A stretch of 64,000 nucleotides of DNA from a virus: positions 43,420-107,419 of the IMG/VR virus record IMGVR_UViG_3300025913_000025; one strand, written 5' to 3'. This document shows positions 9,670 to 17,994 of the stretch, piece after piece. The translations under genes were made by a program, and so were the position numbers. The stretch's first letter is position 1. Each line of letters begins with the position of its first letter. The notes beneath the pieces were generated by a model, which searched no databases, was not told the DNA's origin, and saw nothing but the letters and a program-made list of their open reading frames with translations.

Positions 9670-11379
9670 GTGAACATTACAGTTCGGCGCGGAAAACGGC
9701 AACGCTCGTCGATACAATCGACGCCATTCACGGTTGAAGTGTCCGTGGAGGTTCCGGGCCGGACCATCATCACCGGGGTCCCTCCGGCGCCGGTGCGAAG
9801 GCACGGCTCGACCAGGTCGTTGCGGAACAAGATCGGGCCCCTCGTCACCCCGACGACTCCGCCGAGAATCATTCTCAATCCAGCTCGCAAGCAAAAGCCG
9901 GCCGCGCCGATCGCGCGGATCGTCAGAACTCCGTGGCCAAACGTCACGCCGATTCCCGCCAGCGCCAAGCCAATCCCGCTATTCGTTCGGGCGATCGCGC
10001 GACCGCTTCGCCCGGGACGGACGGCGACCACGCTGATCACGCGGCGGGATCACGGCAACGGATGGCCGAGTCCGCAACCGATCATCGCCAGGCGTCACAC
10101 GGCTCGACGGCGTGTCGGCAAAGCAACGGTCGTCTCGAGTCCGGGGACGCCCTATCCGTTCACGCGCGCGGTTATCGGGAGGCTAGCCAAGCACAAGCCG
10201 TTCAGGCGAACGATCCAGGTCCTCAAATCGACGTTCTTCCCGACAACCCAGCTCCCGAAGATCACGATCGGCAGCCGGCCAGCGCGACCGCGGAAGCATG
10301 GCAGGATCGCAAACGTCGTCAATCCCCGCGTCTTCTACGCCGCGATTAGCCGGCCGACAGTCATTGTCGGTACCCGGGCGATCGGCAAACGCCGCGTCGG
10401 TGCGGCGAGCTTCCATCGCTCGCGCGGAGTGCCGACGTTCCGGCCGAACCTATCTGTGTTCAAGGCGCAGCCCCACGGCAAGCCAGCCAAGCCTCCGGTT
10501 GTGCTCAAGACCAAGCGACATAGCGAGTATCCCGTGAAGCCCAAGAGCTTCTCGGTTGCACCTCGACCAGCCAGGAAGCCGATCGGCTCGAGCCTGCTCC
10601 AGTCCGCGAAGGGCGGCCAGGTTGGACCTTTGACCAGGCCGACGCCAATCGTGCGAGCGCGACCGGCGCCGCTCCCGCTCCGCGGCCGAGCACGGATCCT
10701 CAAGGGTGGCCAGAATATCGCGGCCCAGACTCCAATCCCGTCCAGGCTCAGCTTTCATCGAGCGAAGCCGAAGCTCCGGCGCGGTAGCGCGCTCTCGACG
10801 TTCACCCGCGGTCCTTCTCCGCTCGGGATGAACCCGCGACCGCGCCACGTGATCGGAGTTCGTCCGGCTGAGAAGCGCAAGGTCGGCAAGGCCACAGTTC
10901 CCGTCTCGACACCCCTCGGAGCGGCGGGAATGGCGATCAGTCTTCCCAACGCGATGGCGGTCTGGTTACTCCAGCAACCGGCGTTCGTGAACGCGTTCGC
11001 CTGGGATGCGCTGACACACGACTGCGTTTCAGCGGATTGGGACGATCCGGGAGACGCGTATCCCTACTTCGTCTACCGCGAACCGCTCGGCCATCGAGAT
11101 TACATTTCGGACGGAAGCTTCGAAGAAGACGGACAGATTGAAATCGCTGTCTTGCATCCGGAGAAGGAGACGGCGCGGGTGCTGGGTACGATCGTGGGAA
11201 GCATTTTGAAGGACGCTCCGTTAGAATTTCTGGGGGGATCCGTCTTCTACTTTCGTTGGGTCAACCCCGGATTCCCTCCAGTCGCAGAGCCAGGAACCCA
11301 GCAAAACACGTGGGTTTGGCGACGGGTTCTCATCTTTGAGTACAAGATTGACGGGTATGATTTGCCCGTTCTCACATAA
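9670..11379 (+). CDS. Tail completion/terminator-like C-terminal domain fused to a long Arg/Lys/Pro-rich repetitive N-terminus
   Basis: C-terminal ~150 aa (YPYFVY...GQIEIAV...ARVLG) directly before the tail tube gene resembles DUF3168-type proteins. Confidence 0.6.
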   Translation: MNITVRRGKRQRSSIQSTPFTVEVSVEVPGRTIITGVPPAPVRRHGSTRSLRNKIGPLVTPTTPPRIILNPARKQKPAAPIARIVRTPWPNVTPIPASAKPIPLFVRAIARPLRPGRTATTLITRRDHGNGWPSPQPIIARRHTARRRVGKATVVSSPGTPYPFTRAVIGRLAKHKPFRRTIQVLKSTFFPTTQLPKITIGSRPARPRKHGRIANVVNPRVFYAAISRPTVIVGTRAIGKRRVGAASFHRSRGVPTFRPNLSVFKAQPHGKPAKPPVVLKTKRHSEYPVKPKSFSVAPRPARKPIGSSLLQSAKGGQVGPLTRPTPIVRARPAPLPLRGRARILKGGQNIAAQTPIPSRLSFHRAKPKLRRGSALSTFTRGPSPLGMNPRPRHVIGVRPAEKRKVGKATVPVSTPLGAAGMAISLPNAMAVWLLQQPAFVNAFAWDALTHDCVSADWDDPGDAYPYFVYREPLGHRDYISDGSFEEDGQIEIAVLHPEKETARVLGTIVGSILKDAPLEFLGGSVFYFRWVNPGFPPVAEPGTQQNTWVWRRVLIFEYKIDGYDLPVLT

Positions 11380-11390
11380 AGGGGCGGTCG

Positions 11391-11798
11391 ATGGCTAACA
11401 AGCTTACCGGCAAGGCGTCTTACGTCTTGCTCAACAACACCCAGATCCCGATCACGAAATACTCGCCGAAGGTGACGCGGACCCTCGCCGACTCCACCGA
11501 CTCGACGGATTATGACGCCACCATCGACATGATCAATATGTCCCAGCTCCCGGTCACGTTGAGCCAGGAGCTCTCCGTCGAAGGGAAATGGAACCTCGCG
11601 AACACGAATCAGGCGCTCTTGACGATGTGCTACAGCGGCATCACTGCCGTCCCCGTCGTCCTCGGATTGAACGCTGGTGCGCTGTTCGGCAGCGGTCTCT
11701 TCGATATGTCGGACTTCAGCGCCGACTCGCCGATCAACGATACGATCACGTTTACATGTACGTTGCGCAGCAACGGGAAATTCACTCCGGGAAGCTAA
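11391..11798 (+). CDS. Major tail (tube) protein
   Basis: 135 aa, D-S-T-D loop, C-terminal TITFTCTLRSNG, position before chaperone and tape measure. Confidence 0.75.
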   Translation: MANKLTGKASYVLLNNTQIPITKYSPKVTRTLADSTDSTDYDATIDMINMSQLPVTLSQELSVEGKWNLANTNQALLTMCYSGITAVPVVLGLNAGALFGSGLFDMSDFSADSPINDTITFTCTLRSNGKFTPGS

Positions 11799-12715
11799 TC
11801 CTGTTGGCGCGAGTTTACTCGAAGGAACTCGCGCCGCCCTTCTTGATCCAACTCATGAAGGTACTTTCGTTGTTCCGAAGGATAGCCCCATTTGAGGTTG
11901 TTAGCGCGGTTGTTGAGCGGACTCGGATCAGGGCAATGTCTCGCTTCCATGCCCTCGGGGCACGGGCCGACAAAAGCCGTCAAAATGACGTGAGACAACT
12001 GAAGCCGACGTTTATATCCATCATCGCGGCGAAGTCTCACCGCAACGTGACCGTTGGTCATCACGGTCAGTTTCACAGGTTTGTGCGTTCCACCAAGAAC
12101 GATACCCGGTTTACGACCGCGCCCTGAACCTTTTTCGCCATAGATCGGATTCCAGTAGGAACGGACTCGGCCGTGTGATGATGCTTCGAATCCTGGCCAT
12201 TCGGGAATCTCAACCCAGCGTTCCTCACTGGCATCGACGTTCTGGAGGAACTGAGTTGCGATAATCGAACGGCCGCCGAGAACGGCCGCCGACTTCTTTC
12301 TTAACGGAGTAACGATCGCTTCTTCAGGAGTCCAGCCGAGTTCGATTCTCTGACGCAAGCTAAGCGCTTTCACCACGCATCGAGGATCTCTCGACCATGC
12401 CTGAAGATGTTTGGTCTCACCGAAGGCCGTAACCAGTCTTAGCTGAGTGTAGTTCGCATACTGTTGAACGCGAGGAATCCAGGTGCAGTTATCTGGCGAG
12501 TATCCCTTCGAGTTGTCTTTTCGCTCGATCGTCAGATCGTCGGCGTACCCGTTTGCTCTGGCCCAATCCAAAAAAGCTTGGCGGCTATTCCGCCATTCAT
12601 CACAGATCGTGAGTCCCTTAGATCCGTACCACCGAAACGATTTGCAGTTTCGATTGCCGCAACGCTGTTTCATTCCATAGTAAATTCCTATGAGTCGATC
12701 GCGAGCGATGGTCAT
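11795..12715 (-). CDS. HNH homing endonuclease with two nuclease-like domains
   Basis: MKQRC..YG.KG..IC.EW...TIERKDNSKGYSPDNC plus NUMOD4-like WVEIPEWPGFEASSHGRVRS and AFVGPCP...RH...NNRANNLKWG. Confidence 0.85.
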   Translation of the reverse strand: MTIARDRLIGIYYGMKQRCGNRNCKSFRWYGSKGLTICDEWRNSRQAFLDWARANGYADDLTIERKDNSKGYSPDNCTWIPRVQQYANYTQLRLVTAFGETKHLQAWSRDPRCVVKALSLRQRIELGWTPEEAIVTPLRKKSAAVLGGRSIIATQFLQNVDASEERWVEIPEWPGFEASSHGRVRSYWNPIYGEKGSGRGRKPGIVLGGTHKPVKLTVMTNGHVAVRLRRDDGYKRRLQLSHVILTAFVGPCPEGMEARHCPDPSPLNNRANNLKWGYPSEQRKYLHELDQEGRREFLRVNSRQQD

Positions 12716-12825
12716 TCGCGTCCCCTTTTGCTTTGAATCAGGATGAGTTTCGAGTATCGTGATACGAACGCCTGGGATCTTAGCACACTGACTACTCTGT
12801 TTGCTACCTTTATTCGGGGTTGCCC

Positions 12826-13383
12826 GTGAACAACGATCTTCCGACGATGAACAGCCAGCCCAAGCCGATCGTGTGCGGGGGTAAGACCTACATGGCCTAC
12901 CCGCTCACGTTCGAGGACATGGGCGAGGTTCAGAACTGGCTCGATGAACAGCAAGAGATTCGCGTTCAGAGCATGCTCGAGCGCGCGGTCGAGCGTGGCG
13001 TCCTCCCTACTGAGATTCTCAAGTACATGGCGCGGAGCGCGATGGACGTTGCCGCGCGGAACCGGTTGATGCTCGGGAGCCAGGAAGCTTCCGAGGCGCT
13101 CGCGAGCCTGGATGGCTCGGTGTTCGTGATGTGGTATTCGATCCACAAGGGCGATCCCACGTTTACGATCGAGGACGCGAAGGCGATCATCAAGGACAAG
13201 CTCGGCCACGAGTTCGCTCAGAAGGTTCAGGAAGTCGCCGATATCGTAGGACCCCAAGACCCAAAATCGACAGCGCCGGAGAGTGGATCACCGACGCCCG
13301 GCGCTGCACCGATATCCCCGTCGACTGGTGGCGACTCTATTCCAAGCTCATCCGCGAGGGCGAGAAGACCCGCCAGCAGATAA
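12826..13383 (+). CDS. Tail assembly chaperone (gpG-like)
   Basis: Between tail tube and tape measure; slippery site CCCAAAA at 13260-13266. Confidence 0.75.
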   Translation: MNNDLPTMNSQPKPIVCGGKTYMAYPLTFEDMGEVQNWLDEQQEIRVQSMLERAVERGVLPTEILKYMARSAMDVAARNRLMLGSQEASEALASLDGSVFVMWYSIHKGDPTFTIEDAKAIIKDKLGHEFAQKVQEVADIVGPQDPKSTAPESGSPTPGAAPISPSTGGDSIPSSSARARRPASR

Positions 13384-13526
13384 GCCAGATGACCATGCAG
13401 GATCTGCGGCTCTTGACGCACGAGACGCCACCGACGGGCATGGGCGGGAAGATTGAGTCTGCGGCTGAACTGTTCGCGGCCTGGGAAAAGAGCAAGGCGG
13501 AGGCGAATTCGTGGCATTCGATCTAG
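13260..13526 (+). CDS. -1 frameshift extension of the tail assembly chaperone (gpGT-like)
   Basis: C CCA AAA in frame; the -1 frame continues PKIDSAGEW...QISQMTMQDL to 13526. Confidence 0.75.
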   Translation, partial: PKIDSAGEWITDARRCTDIPVDWWRLYSKLIREGEKTRQQISQMTMQDLRLLTHETPPTGMGGKIESAAELFAAWEKSKAEANSWHSI

Positions 13527-15145
13527 GCTCGGGAGTGATCCGCATCGCGGCGGATATGAAGCCGCTCCTGGCCACGCTCGGCGCGGCCCGCTACCAGCTC
13601 GCGCGGTTCGTCGCTGGCACGCGGACGCTTGCTGAACTCTCGGGGTTCGTTGGCGCCTTCGGGACCGTGGGCGCTGTCTATGCGCTCACCAAAGGGTTCA
13701 TTGACGCCAATCAGGCGGCGGCCCATCTCGAAGAGACAATGAACCGGATCGAGGTTGTATTCGGAAGTTCGGCGCGAGTGATCCTCGAATTCGCGGATCA
13801 AATGGCGGCGAAGTTCGGTTATCTCAAAAAACCGATCCTTGAAGCGGCATCCGCATTCGGTGAGTTCGGCCTAGCGGCCGGAATGACCAAGAAGGAGGCC
13901 GCGCAGTTCTCTCAGGCCATGGCGCGAGCCGCCATCGATGCTCAGAGCTTTTTCGACGTGCCGATTGCGACGGCGACTCAGAAGATTCTTGCGGGTCTGG
14001 CCGGCATGCCGCGCCCGCTCCGCGAATGGGGATCGTTGCTCAACGCGACCCAGGTCAAGCAAGAAGCCCTTCGGCTCGGCCTTGCGAAGACGACAGGTAC
14101 GATCAGCGAACAGGACAAGGTTCTCGCGCGGTCGATCCTGATCCTCAAGGATCTCCAGATCGTCGAGGGAGACGCGGCCCGGACTATCAACAGTACGCAG
14201 CGACTCACCGATTCAGCGATCGGGCGGATTGGGAACGCGTTCACGAATCTTGGAATGGCGCTCAAACCGCTCTGGCACGGGATCATGAAGGGACTTGATA
14301 ACAGCGCACAGGGATTCCAGGCGTTCATCAACCGGAACATGAGTGCCATCACGTCCTGGTCCGAATGGGTCGTGAGTACCGTCTCGAAATTCGTGAGGTT
14401 CTTCCAGCCGGTTTGGAATGCACTCTCGGACGGCTGGAACCGATTCTGGGCAGCGCTAGTTGCTGAGACAAACAAGACGATGGGCGCGATATCTCGAGCA
14501 TTCGGTAAGGAAGGCGAGACTAGCGCGGACATGGTTCACTCCTTAGCCGATGGAGTTACCTATCTCGCCGATGCGGTTATCGGCCTGATCGGAGTCTGGG
14601 GCCAGTTCCGGGAAATGTTCGCCGATACGCTCGTCGTCGGTTTGGACCTTCTTTACGGAATCGCGATTGCCGTCGAAGGAATTGCCTACGCATTCAAGGG
14701 GATAGCCCAATTTATCTCTGATACGATCGAGTTGATCGCGGTCCTCAACAATTCGATCATGGACGTCGTCGAGGCAGTAGGCGAAAAGCTCGTCGGAGTC
14801 GCTCCCAACCTCGATCAATTCCGGATGCAAGAGCGCGACGCAGGGAAGGGCAACAAGAAGGCGAAGCGCCGAGGTATCGGCGAGATTGCAGCCGATGTGA
14901 AGGCGGCTGACTTTGCAAAGGACAACGACGCGCGCCGCGAACTCAATGAGCCGGAGGAAGGCAAGAAGAAGGGTTCGGTCTTCTCCTCCTTCGAGGAGTT
15001 CTACAAGAAGCTCCAGGCGGGATCAGGTGAAAAAATCGCCAAGGAGCAACTCGGTGAACTCAAGGGAGCAAACGAGAACCTCATGGCGATCGTCAATGCC
15101 ATGAAGAATGCCAAGAACCCGATCGCCGTTGCAGGGGGACGTTGA
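13511..15145 (+). CDS. Tape measure protein (short, 544 aa)
   Basis: Helical Ala-rich, LEETMNRIEVVFG...GDAART motif, W/F periodic repeats. Confidence 0.85.
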   Translation: MAFDLGSGVIRIAADMKPLLATLGAARYQLARFVAGTRTLAELSGFVGAFGTVGAVYALTKGFIDANQAAAHLEETMNRIEVVFGSSARVILEFADQMAAKFGYLKKPILEAASAFGEFGLAAGMTKKEAAQFSQAMARAAIDAQSFFDVPIATATQKILAGLAGMPRPLREWGSLLNATQVKQEALRLGLAKTTGTISEQDKVLARSILILKDLQIVEGDAARTINSTQRLTDSAIGRIGNAFTNLGMALKPLWHGIMKGLDNSAQGFQAFINRNMSAITSWSEWVVSTVSKFVRFFQPVWNALSDGWNRFWAALVAETNKTMGAISRAFGKEGETSADMVHSLADGVTYLADAVIGLIGVWGQFREMFADTLVVGLDLLYGIAIAVEGIAYAFKGIAQFISDTIELIAVLNNSIMDVVEAVGEKLVGVAPNLDQFRMQERDAGKGNKKAKRRGIGEIAADVKAADFAKDNDARRELNEPEEGKKKGSVFSSFEEFYKKLQAGSGEKIAKEQLGELKGANENLMAIVNAMKNAKNPIAVAGGR

Positions 15146-16137
15146 TGCCGCTCCGACTGAACTCCACGACCAGCAAGCCAGCCGGTCCCACGAGCAGCGA
15201 GAATGAGGACTTCAGCCTCGACATCAATGGCGTCACATGCGCAATGGATCTTCGCGGTGGTGGCGACAGCGTCATCACGGAACAGGTCACTCCGGACGGC
15301 CCGCAGGCGCAAGTTATCCTGAAATGCTTTTGGGAGGATCGGTGGAAGCTCATCAAGGCCCTGATGGGATCCAACACACTCGACAACTCGAACACGATCC
15401 AGCGCAAGATTCCATTCGCCTATCCCTCGCGCGAAGGTCTATTCTGCACGGCGATTCCCGAGATCCGCGGGTTGAAGCCTTACCGTGACGACATGGGCGA
15501 TGTCACGGGGATGCCCGGATGGATGGCCTACGAGTTCGCCTATCTCACGGCGATTTTCTCGAAGCCGAGTTACCAGGTCGTCGAGGATGACAGCCCGCAG
15601 GACAACGATCTTTCAGGGAAGACGTTCATCACGACCCGCATTCAGGAATCCGGAGAGACTCTGAGTCCCCAGGGAGGGACTTACTTCTTCACCGAGGGAT
15701 CCCAGTCCGGCCAGCCGGTCAAAGACACGAACATCGGCCTGATCTACACCCGGTTCGAAATCACAATGACCCGGCACTTCATGCCCGTCGTGCCGATTTG
15801 GGACACCCTTGCCTGTCTCGGACGCACGAATCTGAATGGCTTCGATCTCACGATCGGGACATTCTTGCCGGGAACGGTGTTGTTCGCGGGACTGCACATC
15901 GAACCGCGCGCGGAGCCTTCGACCGGCATTGTGCTCTGGGACGTCGATTACAAGTTCCTCGCGAATGCCGCGAACACCTGGAACACGATCCTTGACCGCG
16001 ACGGGAAGTTCTCGAAGATCAACACCGACGTCTCGGGAAATGGAGCGGTCCCGTTCCCGCAGGTCGATTTCACCCGGCTCTTGAGCGATACGATCGCGAC
16101 CGGACCAGATCCCGCTCCGGGACCGGAGCCAGCCTGA
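15142..16137 (+). CDS. Putative tail tip/baseplate protein
   Basis: Immediately follows the tape measure; FLPGTVLFAG motif. Confidence 0.6.
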   Translation: MMPLRLNSTTSKPAGPTSSENEDFSLDINGVTCAMDLRGGGDSVITEQVTPDGPQAQVILKCFWEDRWKLIKALMGSNTLDNSNTIQRKIPFAYPSREGLFCTAIPEIRGLKPYRDDMGDVTGMPGWMAYEFAYLTAIFSKPSYQVVEDDSPQDNDLSGKTFITTRIQESGETLSPQGGTYFFTEGSQSGQPVKDTNIGLIYTRFEITMTRHFMPVVPIWDTLACLGRTNLNGFDLTIGTFLPGTVLFAGLHIEPRAEPSTGIVLWDVDYKFLANAANTWNTILDRDGKFSKINTDVSGNGAVPFPQVDFTRLLSDTIATGPDPAPGPEPA

Positions 16138-16138
16138 A

Positions 16139-16582
16139 ATGCTGGGACGCAACTTCTCACCGATCCGTCCAGGTCAGCAAAGCGGTTCGCCGTCATTCAA
16201 CCGCGCGCTCACGGCCGGCATGCTCAACGCTCCCCGCGCGGAGCTCGAGCGTCTTGGCCGGCTCCGCGGTGGATCGGGCGTTTCGATCCTCGACACGCCA
16301 GGCGGTCCGCAGGTCAACATCGTCACTCCCGGCCAGCTCTACATTCAGCTCACCGGACCGGCGGCGGGCGACGGCGGGTACCCGTGGGCGGAGTTCGTCC
16401 GGGTCTACCAGCAAGGCTATGTCGCGACCGGGCGCACCGGGGGTAACGATCCCGGAGCGGACGGCTATGATCCGGCCTACGAATCTCAGACCGGGGACAC
16501 GACGTTGACGGCGGACGGGACCACCTATCTGGCGAACTACTCCGTAACCTCGGGAAATTGGTTGTTCGACGGCAAGAACTGA
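16139..16582 (+). CDS. Putative tail protein, paralogue of the N-terminus of the next gene
   Basis: Alignable by eye to 16600..~17010. Confidence 0.65.
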   Translation: MLGRNFSPIRPGQQSGSPSFNRALTAGMLNAPRAELERLGRLRGGSGVSILDTPGGPQVNIVTPGQLYIQLTGPAAGDGGYPWAEFVRVYQQGYVATGRTGGNDPGADGYDPAYESQTGDTTLTADGTTYLANYSVTSGNWLFDGKN

Positions 16583-16599
16583 AGCGACGGGAGCTCGCC

Positions 16600-17799
16600 T
16601 TGTTCCGTTCCCTGATCCCGCGCCAGCGACCCGGCTATCCGATCAGTTCTGGCGATCTCAACCGGACCGCGCGCCAGGTCGAGTGGCTCTCACGGCTGCG
16701 CGGGACCGGGAACATTCGGACGATGGACACCCCGCAAGGGCCGTTACTCCAGCAGGTCCTTCCGGCGACCATTTACGCCGTGCTTACCGGTCCGGCCAAC
16801 GGGATTGGCGGATATCCTTGGAAGGAAGAGGTACGGCTTCCGGATGGGACATGGATGGAAACGGGGGTCACAGGTACGAACGTGGCCGGCGCGGACTTCT
16901 TCGATCCGACCTACGAGCGACGGACCGGAAGCCTCACCGTTCCCCAGGATGGGCGGCGTTACCTGATGGGGCGCACGCCGTCGAGTGGGGAATGGATGTT
17001 TGCCTACCGGGTGGTGTGCAAGAGTCAAGACACGCTTTGTTTCATCGCTCCCGGATGCGGTCTCGATTCTCAAGCGTCACGGAACATCGTTACAGTTATC
17101 GACGCCGATGGAAATGTAGTTGGTGAGGGAGGTGCGTCGTTTGGAGTATTCGGAGGGCAAGGTGGCTGGCATACCTGCATCGACGGCATTCCGCCCGGAA
17201 CCTACACTGCGACCATTACCTCGAATCAAGGCCCAATTGCAAGCCAAGGATTCGAGTACAAGGCACCGTGTAGCCCACTCACAGTCACGATCCCTGGCTA
17301 TGGTTGCATGTTTGTTCCGTCGTTCCTTACATACACTGGATTCATTGGCGGTGTTCCTGGATTCCTTCCGCCGACCAACGGAACAACTTTCAGTTACCAG
17401 GACACGCCGGCCGACCTTCAAGGATTCGGGATATTCAACGACCTAATCAGTCCGTTCTGCGCGAAATTCCCTGATAAGGTTTGGTGTAGCCCGGTTTATC
17501 CGCCACTCGATCCTACGACATCGCCATGGAGATTCGCGGTCGGTTTTACCGGATGCTTGGCGACTGCGTACCAAGTGTTTACGCGGCGTGTGAACGGGAT
17601 ATTCTGGGTACTCAATACGCCGCAACCACTTGGCGCGTTAGGCGGCGGCGGAAATTCCGTGAATACATGCTTCCCGTTTAGTATCACGGTTCCAATTTCT
17701 GTTCAGCCGTTTGCGTTTTCGTTGACCGGAACTCAAAACAACGACTCGATTCCGTTCGATGGAACGCTGGGCGGAGTCGAAATAGTGGACTGCCCATGA
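16600..17799 (+). CDS. Putative tail/receptor-binding protein with Cys-rich C-terminus
   Basis: TTG start at 16600 after GGAG; visibly lower GC after ~17020. Confidence 0.65.
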   Translation: MFRSLIPRQRPGYPISSGDLNRTARQVEWLSRLRGTGNIRTMDTPQGPLLQQVLPATIYAVLTGPANGIGGYPWKEEVRLPDGTWMETGVTGTNVAGADFFDPTYERRTGSLTVPQDGRRYLMGRTPSSGEWMFAYRVVCKSQDTLCFIAPGCGLDSQASRNIVTVIDADGNVVGEGGASFGVFGGQGGWHTCIDGIPPGTYTATITSNQGPIASQGFEYKAPCSPLTVTIPGYGCMFVPSFLTYTGFIGGVPGFLPPTNGTTFSYQDTPADLQGFGIFNDLISPFCAKFPDKVWCSPVYPPLDPTTSPWRFAVGFTGCLATAYQVFTRRVNGIFWVLNTPQPLGALGGGGNSVNTCFPFSITVPISVQPFAFSLTGTQNNDSIPFDGTLGGVEIVDCP

Positions 17800-17990
17800 C
17801 TCCTCGATGCTCGCATTGCCCGATCGCTACGAATGCGTTCTGCCCTGGAATGACGGATAAGGCGGTTTGCGGACATTTTGCATCGTTGCCAATACGAGCA
17901 CCACTAACGATGGCAGAGGCCATCGCGATTTGGTGGAAGCAGTCCGAGGCAATATGGCGTGGAGAGCAACCGCGAGGATGTTGCGGTTGA
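17796..17990 (+). CDS. Small Cys-rich protein
   Basis: ATGA overlap; CSHC..CP..C..GCCG. Confidence 0.6.
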   Translation: MTPRCSHCPIATNAFCPGMTDKAVCGHFASLPIRAPLTMAEAIAIWWKQSEAIWRGEQPRGCCG

Positions 17991-17994
17991 TCCG

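Noticed and set aside
16558-16600. Possible frameshift fusion of 16139..16582 with the next ORF
   Set aside because: A TTG start with a GGAG RBS at 16600 explains the second gene; no slippery heptamer
17020-17799. Diversity-generating retroelement target
   Set aside because: No reverse transcriptase and no TR/VR repeat pair seen in the window
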